Shown here in pieces: positions 45,769 to 55,126 of a stretch of DNA of 64,000 bases. Origin of the DNA: Pseudonocardia sp. (GTDB lineage: Bacteria; Actinomycetota; Actinomycetes; Mycobacteriales; Pseudonocardiaceae); assembly GCA_025869365.1 (NCBI GenBank), contig JAOZVV010000002.1, positions 11,495-75,494 on the forward strand, in the 5' to 3' direction. The translations under genes and the position numbers were made by a program. The notes under the pieces were generated by a model, which saw only the letters and a program-made list of their open reading frames with translations, was not told the DNA's origin and searched no databases. Each line of letters begins with the position of its first letter. Position 1 is the first letter of the stretch.

Positions 45769-46476
45769 ATGGCCATGGCCACACGGACGGACCAGGCGAC
45801 GACGGTCGTCGGCACGGAGGCCGCCGGCCCGGCGTACCTGCAGCTCCGGGCCCTGGCCACCCCCGCCGCGGGGGCGAACGGTCACCGCCTGCGGAAGGCG
45901 CTCGACGCGGTGCAGGACCTGCCGGACGCGTCGAGCTGGGCCGCCTCGGCCGTCGACGAACTCGTCTTCGGCACCCACCAGCAGCAGTGGCGTCGGGCGA
46001 TGTCGCAACTCGCGCTCGTCGACCACGCCGTGCGGTATGCGGGACGGGCCGGCTCGGCGGACGTCCGGGTCGCCCGCGTCGTCGACTTCTGCGCGGCGGC
46101 AGCGTCGTTCGAGCGTTTCGCCGGGTACCTGGGCGAGGGGGGTGAGCGGCGCCGCGGGCCCTTCAAACCCGCCGAGCAGGCGGCCGTCGACCGGATCGGG
46201 GGCGCCGTGCTCGTCGACGGGAGCCGCCCCCGCACCGCGGCCGCCGCCTCGGCCGCGGCCGATCACCTGCGGTTCCTGGGCTACGCGGCACAGATCGACG
46301 CCGCCTTCCGCCCGCTCGGGGTCACCTTGCAGATCGGGGACGACCGGGCCGCCCTGGCCGCCCGGCTCACGGACCTGCAGGACGCGGGGGCCGCGGTGGT
46401 CGAGGTGCTGGCCGCCCGGGCCGCGGTGCTGGAGAACCGGACGTCCTCGCCGGTGCCGCCGCAGCGTTCGGAGTGA
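45769..46476 (+). CDS. hypothetical Ala-rich protein (235 aa)
   Basis: ATG at aa 23 of ORF 45703..46476, after GGAGGA. The opposite-strand ORF is Arg-rich junk. No family recognised. Confidence 0.55.
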   Translation: MAMATRTDQATTVVGTEAAGPAYLQLRALATPAAGANGHRLRKALDAVQDLPDASSWAASAVDELVFGTHQQQWRRAMSQLALVDHAVRYAGRAGSADVRVARVVDFCAAAASFERFAGYLGEGGERRRGPFKPAEQAAVDRIGGAVLVDGSRPRTAAAASAAADHLRFLGYAAQIDAAFRPLGVTLQIGDDRAALAARLTDLQDAGAAVVEVLAARAAVLENRTSSPVPPQRSE

Positions 46477-46537
46477 GCTGACCGGCCTCCGGAGCCGGGC
46501 CGCCGCAGGAAAGGCGCGACGACCCGGCCACGGGACG

Positions 46538-48073
46538 TCAGCCGCCGGCGACCGACGCCACCTCGCCCACGGGCGAGATCGAGTCCTGCCTGCACGCCGC
46601 CAGGGCATCGACCAGACCGGACAGCGAACGGTCCCGTGTGTCGCCGAACCCGAACCCGATCTCGGCGACCGCCGCGATCGCCTCCTCGACCTTCGCGTGT
46701 CCGGAGTCGGTGAGCACGGCGAGTGTCGTCCTGCCGTCCACCGGGTGCGGTTTGCGCACGACCCAGTTCTCCGTCTCCAGCCGGTTGACCACGTAGTTGC
46801 ACCGGGCCGGGCTGATGAGCAGGCGTTCGGCCATCTTGCCCAGGGGGCTGCTGTGGTCCGGGGCCATGGCGAGGTGCAGCAACGCAGAGTGCTCGGTGAT
46901 CGAGAGCCCGGGCTGCTTGAGCGCGGTGCGGACCACCTCGGAGACGCGTTCGTGGGTCCGGAACAGTGACATGAACGCGCTCATCGCGGTCGCCGACGGC
47001 CAGCCGAGCTCGGCCCACCGGGCCTTGTCCTGCGCCACGACGTCGTCCTCGGACCGCGCCGCCGCTCGGGACGCCGGCGTGACGGGCGACGCCGAACCGT
47101 TCGCGGAGGACGCGGAGCGCCTGCCGAGCGGATCGATCAGGTCCGCGGCGTCGCCGTCCAGGTTGGTGATCGCCAGCATCGGGGTGGTGATGCCGTTGTC
47201 CACGTACTCCTGGATCCGCGCGCGGCACGTGGCCGCGTCGCCGTGGATGAACAGCTCGTCGACCAGCGAGTCCGGGATGGCGGCGAGGGCGGCCTTGCGG
47301 TCCCCGGCCTTCCACGCACCCCACATGTCCGCCAGCTCGTCGCCGCGGCCGAGCCACTGGTGGAACTTCGCGTAGGCGTCGACGTTGAGGTAGGCGGCGA
47401 TCGCCCGCTTCGCGTGGGTGCGGACGCGCTCGATGTCGTCGGAGCACACCACGAACAGCCGCGCGACGATCTCGGGCTCGGTGGTGCGGCCCTCGTGGAC
47501 GTACGGCACGACCTTGAGCACGTCGGCGGGGGAGAGCCAGTTCAGGATGGCCCCGTCCGCCTTCCTGCCCGCGAGCCGGAGCATGCCCGGCCGGAGACCG
47601 GCGATCAGCACCTTGGGCCGGGTGGCCGGGGTGATCCCGAGGCGGAAGCCCTTGATCGTGAAGCTGGGCGTTTCCATGTCGACCTTGTCGCCGCTGAACG
47701 CCCGGTCGAGGAAAGTGACGACGTCCCGGACCCGGCCGTAGGGATCGACGAAGGGCACGCCGTTCCAGCGTTCGACGATCACGTCCGACGACGAGCCCAC
47801 ACCGAGCAGGACCTGACTGTCCGTCGCGTCGGCGAGTGAGGCGGCGCTCATCGCCAGCAGCGCGGGCGAGCGCGTGTAGGCCGGGGTGATCGCGGTGCCG
47901 AGGCGCAGGCCCGGGTAGCGCTGGGCCGTGAGGGCGAGCGGGGTGAAGGCGTCGCTGCCGTTCACCTCGCTGCTCCACACGTCCGTGTAGCCGGCGACCA
48001 CCGCCTTGTCGATGACCGCGGCGTGGTCCTTGAGCGAGCGGCCGTCCAGCGGGACCGACAGTCCGTAGTTCAC
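46538..48073 (-). CDS. fusion protein: LLM-class (F420/flavin) oxidoreductase N-domain plus MarR-type winged-helix C-domain
   Basis: A single 511-aa frame. Residues 1 to about 325 (MNYGLSVPLDG...GYTDVWSSEVNGSDAFT...) are LLM-like. About 30 aa form a Ser/Ala linker. Residues from about 350 to 511 (...ITEHSALLHLAMAPDHSSPLGKMAERLLISPARCNYVVNRLETENWVVRKPHPVDGRTTLAVLTDSG) are MarR-like. AAGGAG lies 6 nt before the GTG. Confidence 0.8.
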   Translation of the reverse strand: MNYGLSVPLDGRSLKDHAAVIDKAVVAGYTDVWSSEVNGSDAFTPLALTAQRYPGLRLGTAITPAYTRSPALLAMSAASLADATDSQVLLGVGSSSDVIVERWNGVPFVDPYGRVRDVVTFLDRAFSGDKVDMETPSFTIKGFRLGITPATRPKVLIAGLRPGMLRLAGRKADGAILNWLSPADVLKVVPYVHEGRTTEPEIVARLFVVCSDDIERVRTHAKRAIAAYLNVDAYAKFHQWLGRGDELADMWGAWKAGDRKAALAAIPDSLVDELFIHGDAATCRARIQEYVDNGITTPMLAITNLDGDAADLIDPLGRRSASSANGSASPVTPASRAAARSEDDVVAQDKARWAELGWPSATAMSAFMSLFRTHERVSEVVRTALKQPGLSITEHSALLHLAMAPDHSSPLGKMAERLLISPARCNYVVNRLETENWVVRKPHPVDGRTTLAVLTDSGHAKVEEAIAAVAEIGFGFGDTRDRSLSGLVDALAACRQDSISPVGEVASVAGG

Positions 48074-49309
48074 TCAGTGCTCCTTCGTCGTGTGCTGTCG
48101 CCGGGTGTCCGGTCCCTGCATTACCTGCGTGTTCTCCAGCTCGGCGATCCGCTCGTCGTCGAGCTTCAGGACCTCGCGCAGTACGGTTCTGTTGTCGGCG
48201 CCCAGCTCGTGCGCCCGTAGGTCGAGCTCCTCGTGTCCGGCGAAACGGATGGGCAACCCCGGGACGGTGACGGTGCCCCACACCTCGTCGGCCACCTCGC
48301 GGACGACCCGCCGCGCGACATTGTGCGGGTGGTTCACGGCCTCGGGAACGGTGTGGATGAGCTCGGCCGCCACCCGGTGCTCGTTGAGCACCCGGACCGC
48401 CTCGGTCGGTTCCTCGAAGGTCGCGAGCCAGTCCTCGATGAGTCCGACCAGCTCGGGGCGCCGGCTCGACCGGTCGACGTTGGTCGCGTAGCGCGGGTCG
48501 AGGCCGAGTTCGGGCCTGCCCATCGCTCCGGCCAGCCGTGGCCAGTCCGCGGGTGAGACGCAGGCGATGAACAGGTACCGGTCCCGGCAGCGGAAGAACC
48601 CGGCCGGACAGACCGTCGCGTGGTAGTTCCCGCTCGGCTCCGGCACCTGGGTCCCGCCGGAACCGCTGTACGCCTGGATGTTGATCTCGTGGAACGCCAT
48701 GTAGGTGTCGAGCAGGGACACCTGCACCCACCTGCCCTCACCGGTCCGCTCACGTTGGAACAGCGCCGCCGACACGCCGCCGAAGCCGTAGACCCCGGTC
48801 GCCGCATCCCCCATCGCCGGGCCGGGCAGCATCGGCGGACCCCCGACCGGCCCGCTCACGTGGGCGACCCCGGACATGGCGGCGCCGATCGTGTCGTAGC
48901 CGGGCTTGTGGGACAGCGGGCCGCCGTAGCCGAGCCCGGTCACGGAGCAGAGGACCAGCCGCGGGTTGGCCCCGTGCAGGACGTCCCAGCCCAGCCCCAT
49001 CTCCTCGAGCACCCCGGGCCGGAAGCTCTCCACCAGGACGTCCGCCCGCCTGGCCAGGTCGAGGATCAGCTCGCGGCCCTCGGCGGCCCGGAAGTCCACG
49101 CAGACGCTGCGCTTGCCCCGGTTCGCCTGGATGAAGTAGCCGGAGCGCCCGTCGCGGACGTAGGGCAGGTTCCGGGCCGGGTCGCCGTCCGGCGCGGGCT
49201 CGACCTTGATCACGTCCGCGCCGTACTCGGCCATCAGCTGGGCGACGGTCGGGCCCGCGAGCACGCGCGCCATCTCGACGACGAGCACGCCGTCCATCGG
49301 GCCGCTCAC
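48074..49309 (-). CDS. CoA transferase, family III (CaiB/BaiF)
   Basis: GTG in GTGA overlap with the upstream gene. ...VVEMARVLAGPTVAQLMAEYGADVIKVEP...GKRSVCVD... Confidence 0.9.
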   Translation of the reverse strand: MSGPMDGVLVVEMARVLAGPTVAQLMAEYGADVIKVEPAPDGDPARNLPYVRDGRSGYFIQANRGKRSVCVDFRAAEGRELILDLARRADVLVESFRPGVLEEMGLGWDVLHGANPRLVLCSVTGLGYGGPLSHKPGYDTIGAAMSGVAHVSGPVGGPPMLPGPAMGDAATGVYGFGGVSAALFQRERTGEGRWVQVSLLDTYMAFHEINIQAYSGSGGTQVPEPSGNYHATVCPAGFFRCRDRYLFIACVSPADWPRLAGAMGRPELGLDPRYATNVDRSSRRPELVGLIEDWLATFEEPTEAVRVLNEHRVAAELIHTVPEAVNHPHNVARRVVREVADEVWGTVTVPGLPIRFAGHEELDLRAHELGADNRTVLREVLKLDDERIAELENTQVMQGPDTRRQHTTKEH

Positions 49310-50919
49310 GCGCTGCCTGCCATCCGGACGCCGTCCCGCCCGACGTGGACGTGGGCGCGTTCGCGATCCCACGCGTCGCCGGTGCCCTGCTCCCGCAGCG
49401 GCCGCTTGCGGATCTTGCCGCTCGGGGTCCGCTCCAGCTCGTCGATGACGCGGATGTACCTCGGCACCATGAAGTGCGGCAACCGTTCCGCCGCCCAGAC
49501 GATCAGGTCGGTCGGATCCAGCGGCCGGCCGGGTCGCAGGACCACCGCCGCGAGCACCTCGTGCTCGGAGGCGCCCGGGACGCCCACCACCGCGCTCTCG
49601 AACACCGCGGGATGGGCGTTCAGCACCGACTCGACATCGGCGGACGGCACGTTCTCACCGCGCCGGCGGATCGCGTCGCCGAGCCGGTCGACGTAGATGT
49701 ACTGCCCGTCGGTGTCGACGTACATGGCGTCCCCGGTGTGGTACCAGCCGCCGCGCCAGGCCGTGGCCGTCTCCTCCGGCATCCCGAGGTACTCGCTCAT
49801 CATGATCGCCGGCTGCGAGGTCCGGACGACCAGCTCACCGGTCGCGCCGTCGGGGACGGGGGTGTCCTCGGCGTCGACGATCCGGGTCTGCAACTCCGGG
49901 CGCGGCCATCCGCACCCGCCGGGCCGCGCCTGCCCGAAGCCGGCGGTGAACACCGTGCCGGCCTCGGTGGAGCCGTAACCGGTCCCGATCTCCACGTCGA
50001 AGCGGGCGGCGAAGTCCGCGGCCTCCTGCAGCACCGGGGCGATGAAGAGCCGCGAGAACGAGTTCTCCGCGTCGTCGGCGCGCCGCGGCTGCTGGTGGAG
50101 GAAGGTCGCCATGGCGACGACGAGCAGGGCGTAGGTGCAGTCGTGCCGCGCGGCGTCCGCCCAGAAGGTCTCTCCCCGGAACCGGGGCGCGATGTAGGCG
50201 GTCGCCCCGCCGATCAGGGCGTTGTAGACCCCGGCCCACTGCCCACCCACGTGGAACAGGGGCAGCACGACCATCGCGGTGTCGTCGGCGTTCGCGGCCC
50301 CCAACAGCTGCGGCGCGCCGTAGGTGTAGGCGTGCGCCTGGCTGACCACCACACCCTTGGACCTGCCGGTGGTGCCGGAGGTGTACATCAATGCCATCGG
50401 GTCCGTGCCGTCGACGGCCGGGAGCCCCCCGGGGATCCCGGCGTCGTCGAGCAGGGTCGCGGGGGCGACGGCGATCCGTCCCGAGGTGGTGACGGAGGCG
50501 GACCCCCGGACCACCACGGTCCGGACGGCGGTGCCCTCCGACGCGGCGAGGAAACGGTCGAGGTAGGCGGCCTCCACGACCGCGGCCGTGGCTCCCGAGT
50601 CCTGGATCTGCCGGGCGAGCACCGCACCGTGGTACGCGGTGTTGACCGGTACCTCGACCATCCCGCCGCTGGCGAGGCCCAACCAGGTCAGCGCGCCGTC
50701 CACCGTGTTGTCGGTCATCGTGAGGACCCGCCCGCCCGGGCCGACGACGTCCAGCAGCGCGCCCGCCCGGCGGCGCGCGGTGTCCCACACCTCGCTGCTG
50801 GTCAGGGACGTCGTGTCGTCCAGGAGCGAGGGGTGATCCGGCGATGTCGCCGCCGCGCGCGCCAGGACCTGCGGGACGGTCCGCTCCGGGATCGGCGGGA
50901 GGAGCAGGCCCTCGCTCAT
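49306..50919 (-). CDS. AMP-dependent synthetase/ligase (acyl-CoA synthetase)
   Basis: ATG at aa 161 of ORF 49306..51399. AMP motif MYTSGTTGRSKGVV, and ...GWYHTGD... Confidence 0.9.
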   Translation of the reverse strand: MSEGLLLPPIPERTVPQVLARAAATSPDHPSLLDDTTSLTSSEVWDTARRRAGALLDVVGPGGRVLTMTDNTVDGALTWLGLASGGMVEVPVNTAYHGAVLARQIQDSGATAAVVEAAYLDRFLAASEGTAVRTVVVRGSASVTTSGRIAVAPATLLDDAGIPGGLPAVDGTDPMALMYTSGTTGRSKGVVVSQAHAYTYGAPQLLGAANADDTAMVVLPLFHVGGQWAGVYNALIGGATAYIAPRFRGETFWADAARHDCTYALLVVAMATFLHQQPRRADDAENSFSRLFIAPVLQEAADFAARFDVEIGTGYGSTEAGTVFTAGFGQARPGGCGWPRPELQTRIVDAEDTPVPDGATGELVVRTSQPAIMMSEYLGMPEETATAWRGGWYHTGDAMYVDTDGQYIYVDRLGDAIRRRGENVPSADVESVLNAHPAVFESAVVGVPGASEHEVLAAVVLRPGRPLDPTDLIVWAAERLPHFMVPRYIRVIDELERTPSGKIRKRPLREQGTGDAWDRERAHVHVGRDGVRMAGSA

Positions 50920-51677
50920 GCGGACCGCTCGGTGGCGAAGGCGGCGTGCCGCTCCTTCTTCTCCGGGGTGTCGCTGAGCATGAACAGGCGGTACTGGTCG
51001 ACCCGCAGCGCGGCGGCCAGCGGCATCTCGGCGGCCTGGGAGAGGGACTCCTTCGCCAACCGCTGGGCTGCCGCGGGCGCGGCGGCCAGGGCCTGGGCGA
51101 TCTCGTCGGCCCGCGCCGCGAGGGAGTCCTTCGGGACGATCTCCGAGACCAGCCCGATGCGCAGCGCGAGCTCGGCGGGAATCTTCTCGCCCAGCATGAC
51201 CAGGCGGTTCGCCCAGGTCGGGCCGACCTTCCGCAGGAGCCGGCTCATCCCGCCGGCGCCGGGGACGATGCCGAGCGCGACCTGGGGCAGGAAGAACTTG
51301 GCGTCCTCGGCCACGATCGCGATGTCCGCGGCGAGGACGAGCTCGACGCCGGCCCCGACGCACCAGCCCTGCGCCGCGACGACCACCGGCTTCGGGCACG
51401 CGGCGACGGACTCGAGGCCGCCGCTCTCCCGGGTGGCGAGGTGGGCGAGCAGGTCGTCCCCGGAGTGGGTGTTCGGGTCCTTCAGGTCCGCACCGGCGCA
51501 GAAGGCACGCCCCACGGCGTCGAGGACGACGACCCGGACGTCGTCGTCGGCCGAGGCCGCGGTGAAGGCGCGGCCCACGCCGTCGGTCAGCTCGGCGTTG
51601 ACGGCGTTGAGGTTGTCCGGCCGGTTCAGGGTGACGCGGGCAACGGGGCCGGAGATTTCGTAGGACACGAGTGACAT
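50916..51677 (-). CDS. enoyl-CoA hydratase/isomerase family
   Basis: C-terminal 253 aa of ORF 50916..52529. ...VARVTLNRPDNLNAV...AFCAGADLKD... ATGA overlap with the ligase gene. Confidence 0.9.
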   Translation of the reverse strand: MSLVSYEISGPVARVTLNRPDNLNAVNAELTDGVGRAFTAASADDDVRVVVLDAVGRAFCAGADLKDPNTHSGDDLLAHLATRESGGLESVAACPKPVVVAAQGWCVGAGVELVLAADIAIVAEDAKFFLPQVALGIVPGAGGMSRLLRKVGPTWANRLVMLGEKIPAELALRIGLVSEIVPKDSLAARADEIAQALAAAPAAAQRLAKESLSQAAEMPLAAALRVDQYRLFMLSDTPEKKERHAAFATERSA

Positions 51678-51712
51678 CGGAGGATGCCGCCTTTCGAGGA
51701 GAACGGAGGAGG

Positions 51713-52564
51713 TCAGGACGTCTGCTGGCGCGGGTCGAGCTCGCGGCGGAGGGCGTCTCCGACCGCGATGAAGCAGTAGGCGGTCAGGACGATGGCGAGG
51801 CCCGGTGCGAACACCTGGACCGGCGCCGTCGCCATGTGGCCGTAGGCCTGGCCGAGCATCGAGCCCCAGCTGGAGGTCGGCGGCTGGACGCCGAGACCGA
51901 GGAAGCTGAGACTCGCCTCGGCGAGCAGTGCGGTACTCATCAACAGGGACATCTGGATCACCACGGGTGCGATCGCGTTCGGCAGGACGTGCCGCACGGC
52001 CACCCGGAGGGGATGGGAGCCGTAGGTGATCGCGGCCGGGACGTAGAGGCGTTCGCGGGTCGACAGCGTCTGACCGCGGATCAGCCGCGCGACGTTGGGG
52101 GCGAAGACGATGCCGATCGCGCACATCGCCGTCACCAGGCCGGGGCCGACGACACCGGTCACCCCGATCGCGAGCACGAGCGCGGGAAAGGCGAGGACGG
52201 TGTCGAGCACCCGGCGCAGGACGATGTCGACGACGCCGCCCGCGAAACCGGCCGCGAGGCCCAGGGGCAGCCCGATCGCGACGGCCACGCCCATCGCGAG
52301 GACCGACGCGACCAGCGAGGCCCGCGCGCCGTAGAGCAGCCGGGAGAGCACATCGCGTCCGAGATCGTCGGTGCCCAGGGGCGCCGCCGCGGACGGTGCC
52401 GCCAACCGGTTGCCGATGTCCTGGACCGCGGGATCGTGCGGCGCGATCAGGGGGGCGAGCAGGGCGACGAGCACGAGCAGCACGAGTACCGCCGCCGCGA
52501 CGATCGCGGCCTTCTCCTCGTGACGCCACCGCGCCAGCACCTGGCGGAGCCGTTCGGTCCTCAT
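51713..52564 (-). CDS. ABC transporter permease (DppC/OppC-like)
   Basis: 283 aa. ...PLGTDDLGRDVLSRLLYGAR... motif. Confidence 0.9.
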   Translation of the reverse strand: MRTERLRQVLARWRHEEKAAIVAAAVLVLLVLVALLAPLIAPHDPAVQDIGNRLAAPSAAAPLGTDDLGRDVLSRLLYGARASLVASVLAMGVAVAIGLPLGLAAGFAGGVVDIVLRRVLDTVLAFPALVLAIGVTGVVGPGLVTAMCAIGIVFAPNVARLIRGQTLSTRERLYVPAAITYGSHPLRVAVRHVLPNAIAPVVIQMSLLMSTALLAEASLSFLGLGVQPPTSSWGSMLGQAYGHMATAPVQVFAPGLAIVLTAYCFIAVGDALRRELDPRQQTS

Positions 52565-53589
52565 GAGAGCCGGATCCTCGGGTCGATCCGCCGGTAGAGG
52601 ATCTCGACGATCGCGTTCGCGACCAGCACGATCACCGCCATGACCAGGACGACGGCCTGGATCACGGGGTAGTCGCGCTGGTTCACGGCATCGATCACGA
52701 GCGTCCCCATCCCGGGGATGGCGAACACCACCTCGACGACGACGGTCCCGCCGACGAGCCGGTTGATGAGCAGGCCGAGCACGGTGACGATCGGGACCCC
52801 CGCGTTGCGCAGCGCATGCCGGAGCAGCAGCGCCGAGCGGGAGATCCCCTTCGACCGCGCCATCCGGATGTAGTCCGCCGTCAGGACTTCGAGCAGGGCC
52901 CCGCGCAGCTGCCGCGCCACCTCCGCGACCCCCGCCGCGCCCAGTGCGAGCGTCGGCAGGATCGCGAAGCGCAGGAACTCGCCGAGCCCGTCACCGGCCT
53001 GGGAGAAGCCCGTGGCCGGGAACCAGGGGTTCCACAGGGCGAAGAGCGTGACGAGGACGAGCCCGAGCCAGAAGTTCGGGATCGCGATGCCGAGGGTGGC
53101 GACCCCGGTGACGATCCGTCCCGACGGCCGCTCGGCCCGCATGGCGCCGATGATCCCGGCCGCCATGCCGACGACGATCGCGAGCACGAGCGAACAGGCG
53201 ACCAGCGACAGCGTCACCGGCAGGCGCTGGGCGATCAGCCCGGCGACGCTCTGCCCCGAGTAGAGCGAGGTTCCGAAGTCTCCCTGCACCGCCGAGAGGG
53301 CCCAGCCGCCGTACTGCACGAGCAGCGGCTGGTCCAGCCCGAGCTGGGCCCGGATCTCGGCGAGCCGCTCCGGTGTCGCGTTCTCACCGGCGATCGCCGT
53401 CGCCGGGTCGCCCGGGACGAGCTTGATCAGGAGGAAGGCGACGAACGTCGCGAGGACCAGGGTGGCGAGGAAGGCGCCGATCCGCAGCGCCACCGTGCGC
53501 AGCGCGAGCGCCCGCCGGTTCGGCGCCCGGGCCCCGTCCCGCCGCGGCTCGGGCCGCAGCGAGACGGGAGGCAGGGAGACCGTGGACAT
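52561..53589 (-). CDS. ABC transporter permease (DppB/OppB-like)
   Basis: C-terminal 342 aa of ORF 52561..55686. ...LIKLVPGDPA... and ...YIRMARSKGISRS... motifs. Confidence 0.9.
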   Translation of the reverse strand: MSTVSLPPVSLRPEPRRDGARAPNRRALALRTVALRIGAFLATLVLATFVAFLLIKLVPGDPATAIAGENATPERLAEIRAQLGLDQPLLVQYGGWALSAVQGDFGTSLYSGQSVAGLIAQRLPVTLSLVACSLVLAIVVGMAAGIIGAMRAERPSGRIVTGVATLGIAIPNFWLGLVLVTLFALWNPWFPATGFSQAGDGLGEFLRFAILPTLALGAAGVAEVARQLRGALLEVLTADYIRMARSKGISRSALLLRHALRNAGVPIVTVLGLLINRLVGGTVVVEVVFAIPGMGTLVIDAVNQRDYPVIQAVVLVMAVIVLVANAIVEILYRRIDPRIRLS

Positions 53590-55109
53590 CAGGCCCCGCT
53601 GCCCTTTGCCAGGAACGCCACCTTCGGCTTGCCCAGCAGGCTGGCCGTGTAGCCCGTCACCGACTTCGAGTAGGCGGTGACGTCGCCGCGGAAGTACAGC
53701 GGCGCGTACGGCGCGAAGTCCGCGATGAGCTTGTCCGCCTTGGCGTACGCGGCGGACCGGGCGGCCAGGTCCTGGGTGGCCACGGCCTGCGTCAGGATCT
53801 CGTCGAGGCCGGGCACCGCGACCTTGCCGGGGTTCTGGTAGCTCGCCGCCCCGAAGAGCCGCGAGTACGTCTGTCCCGGGTCGGGCCGACCGGACCAGGC
53901 GTACTGGGCGGCGTTGGTGGCCTGCTTCTCGAAGTAGTTCGACACGCCCTGGTTGGTGTCCATCGACGTGACCTTGTAGTCGATCCCGATCTGGGCGAGC
54001 TGCGAGCGGATGATCTCGTTGCGCCTGATCTCCAGGGGCGACGACGTGCAGACCGACGTGATCGTCACGCCGTTCGCGTAGCCGGCTTCGGCCATCAGCT
54101 GCTTGGCCTTGGCCACGTCGTGCGGCCACACCGAGGCGTTGGCCTTGTCGTAGGCCCAGTGGGACGACGGCAGCGGCTGCCGGGCGGGCTCGCCCTCGCC
54201 GTTCACCGTGCCGGCGATGATCTCGTCCCGGTCCAGCGCGAGGTTGATCGCCTGCCGCACCCGCACGTCGTCCAGCGGCTTCTGGGCCAGGTTGAAGTAG
54301 AGCATGTCGAACCAGAGGCCGACGTTGCTCTCGACGGTCAGCTTGTCGTTGCCCTTGAGCTGCGGGATGTCGTTGGCGTCGAGGTTGTCCGCGAAGTCGA
54401 CCTGGCCGGACATCAGCGCGTTCGCCGCCGCCTTGGGGTCGGTGATGACGCGCAACGTCAGGTTCTCCATCGGCGGCGCCTCGCCGTAGTAGTTCGGGTT
54501 GCGCTTGAGGACCAGCCGGTCGCCCGGGCTGTAGCTGACGAACGAGTACGGTCCGGCGCCGACCGGCTTCTGCGCGAAGTCCGGGTTGGCCGCGGCGGCG
54601 GGAACGACCATGCCGGCGCGGTCCGCGAGCACCAGCACGAGTGAGGAGTCCGGCGTCTTCTGCCGCAGGAGGACCGTGGTGGCGTCGGGTGCCTCCACCG
54701 AGGTGACGTTCGCGAGGTCGGCCTTGTTCGTCTGGGTCTTGTACCGGTCGAGGCTCGCCTTGACCGCGGCGGCGTCGAGCACGGTGCCGTCGGAGAACTT
54801 CAGGCCCGGGCGGAGGGTGAGCTTCAGCGTCGTCGGGTCCGGGAAGGACCACTCGGTCGCCAGACCGGGAGCGGCCTCCATCGTCTTCGGGTCGAAGTCG
54901 ACGAGCGTGGCGTACAGCGGGTAGAGCGAGACGTGGTCGGTACCCGACGGCCCCGCCTGCGGGTCGAGGGACGAGGGGTTGGTGTTGATCGCGACCGTGA
55001 GGGTCGAGTCGGCCTGTCCGCCGCCCTGCGCCGGTGCGCCGCAGGCGGCCGTCGCCACGAGCGCGACGCCGAGCAGCCCGAGTGAGCTTCGGCGCAGGAG
55101 AGCGGACAT
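53589..55109 (-). CDS. ABC transporter substrate-binding lipoprotein, family 5 (peptide/nickel type)
   Basis: ATG at aa 87 of ORF 53589..55367. Signal peptide plus lipobox LLGVALVATAAC. Confidence 0.9.
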   Translation of the reverse strand: MSALLRRSSLGLLGVALVATAACGAPAQGGGQADSTLTVAINTNPSSLDPQAGPSGTDHVSLYPLYATLVDFDPKTMEAAPGLATEWSFPDPTTLKLTLRPGLKFSDGTVLDAAAVKASLDRYKTQTNKADLANVTSVEAPDATTVLLRQKTPDSSLVLVLADRAGMVVPAAAANPDFAQKPVGAGPYSFVSYSPGDRLVLKRNPNYYGEAPPMENLTLRVITDPKAAANALMSGQVDFADNLDANDIPQLKGNDKLTVESNVGLWFDMLYFNLAQKPLDDVRVRQAINLALDRDEIIAGTVNGEGEPARQPLPSSHWAYDKANASVWPHDVAKAKQLMAEAGYANGVTITSVCTSSPLEIRRNEIIRSQLAQIGIDYKVTSMDTNQGVSNYFEKQATNAAQYAWSGRPDPGQTYSRLFGAASYQNPGKVAVPGLDEILTQAVATQDLAARSAAYAKADKLIADFAPYAPLYFRGDVTAYSKSVTGYTASLLGKPKVAFLAKGSGA

Positions 55110-55126
55110 CGTTGTCCGGAAGGGGG

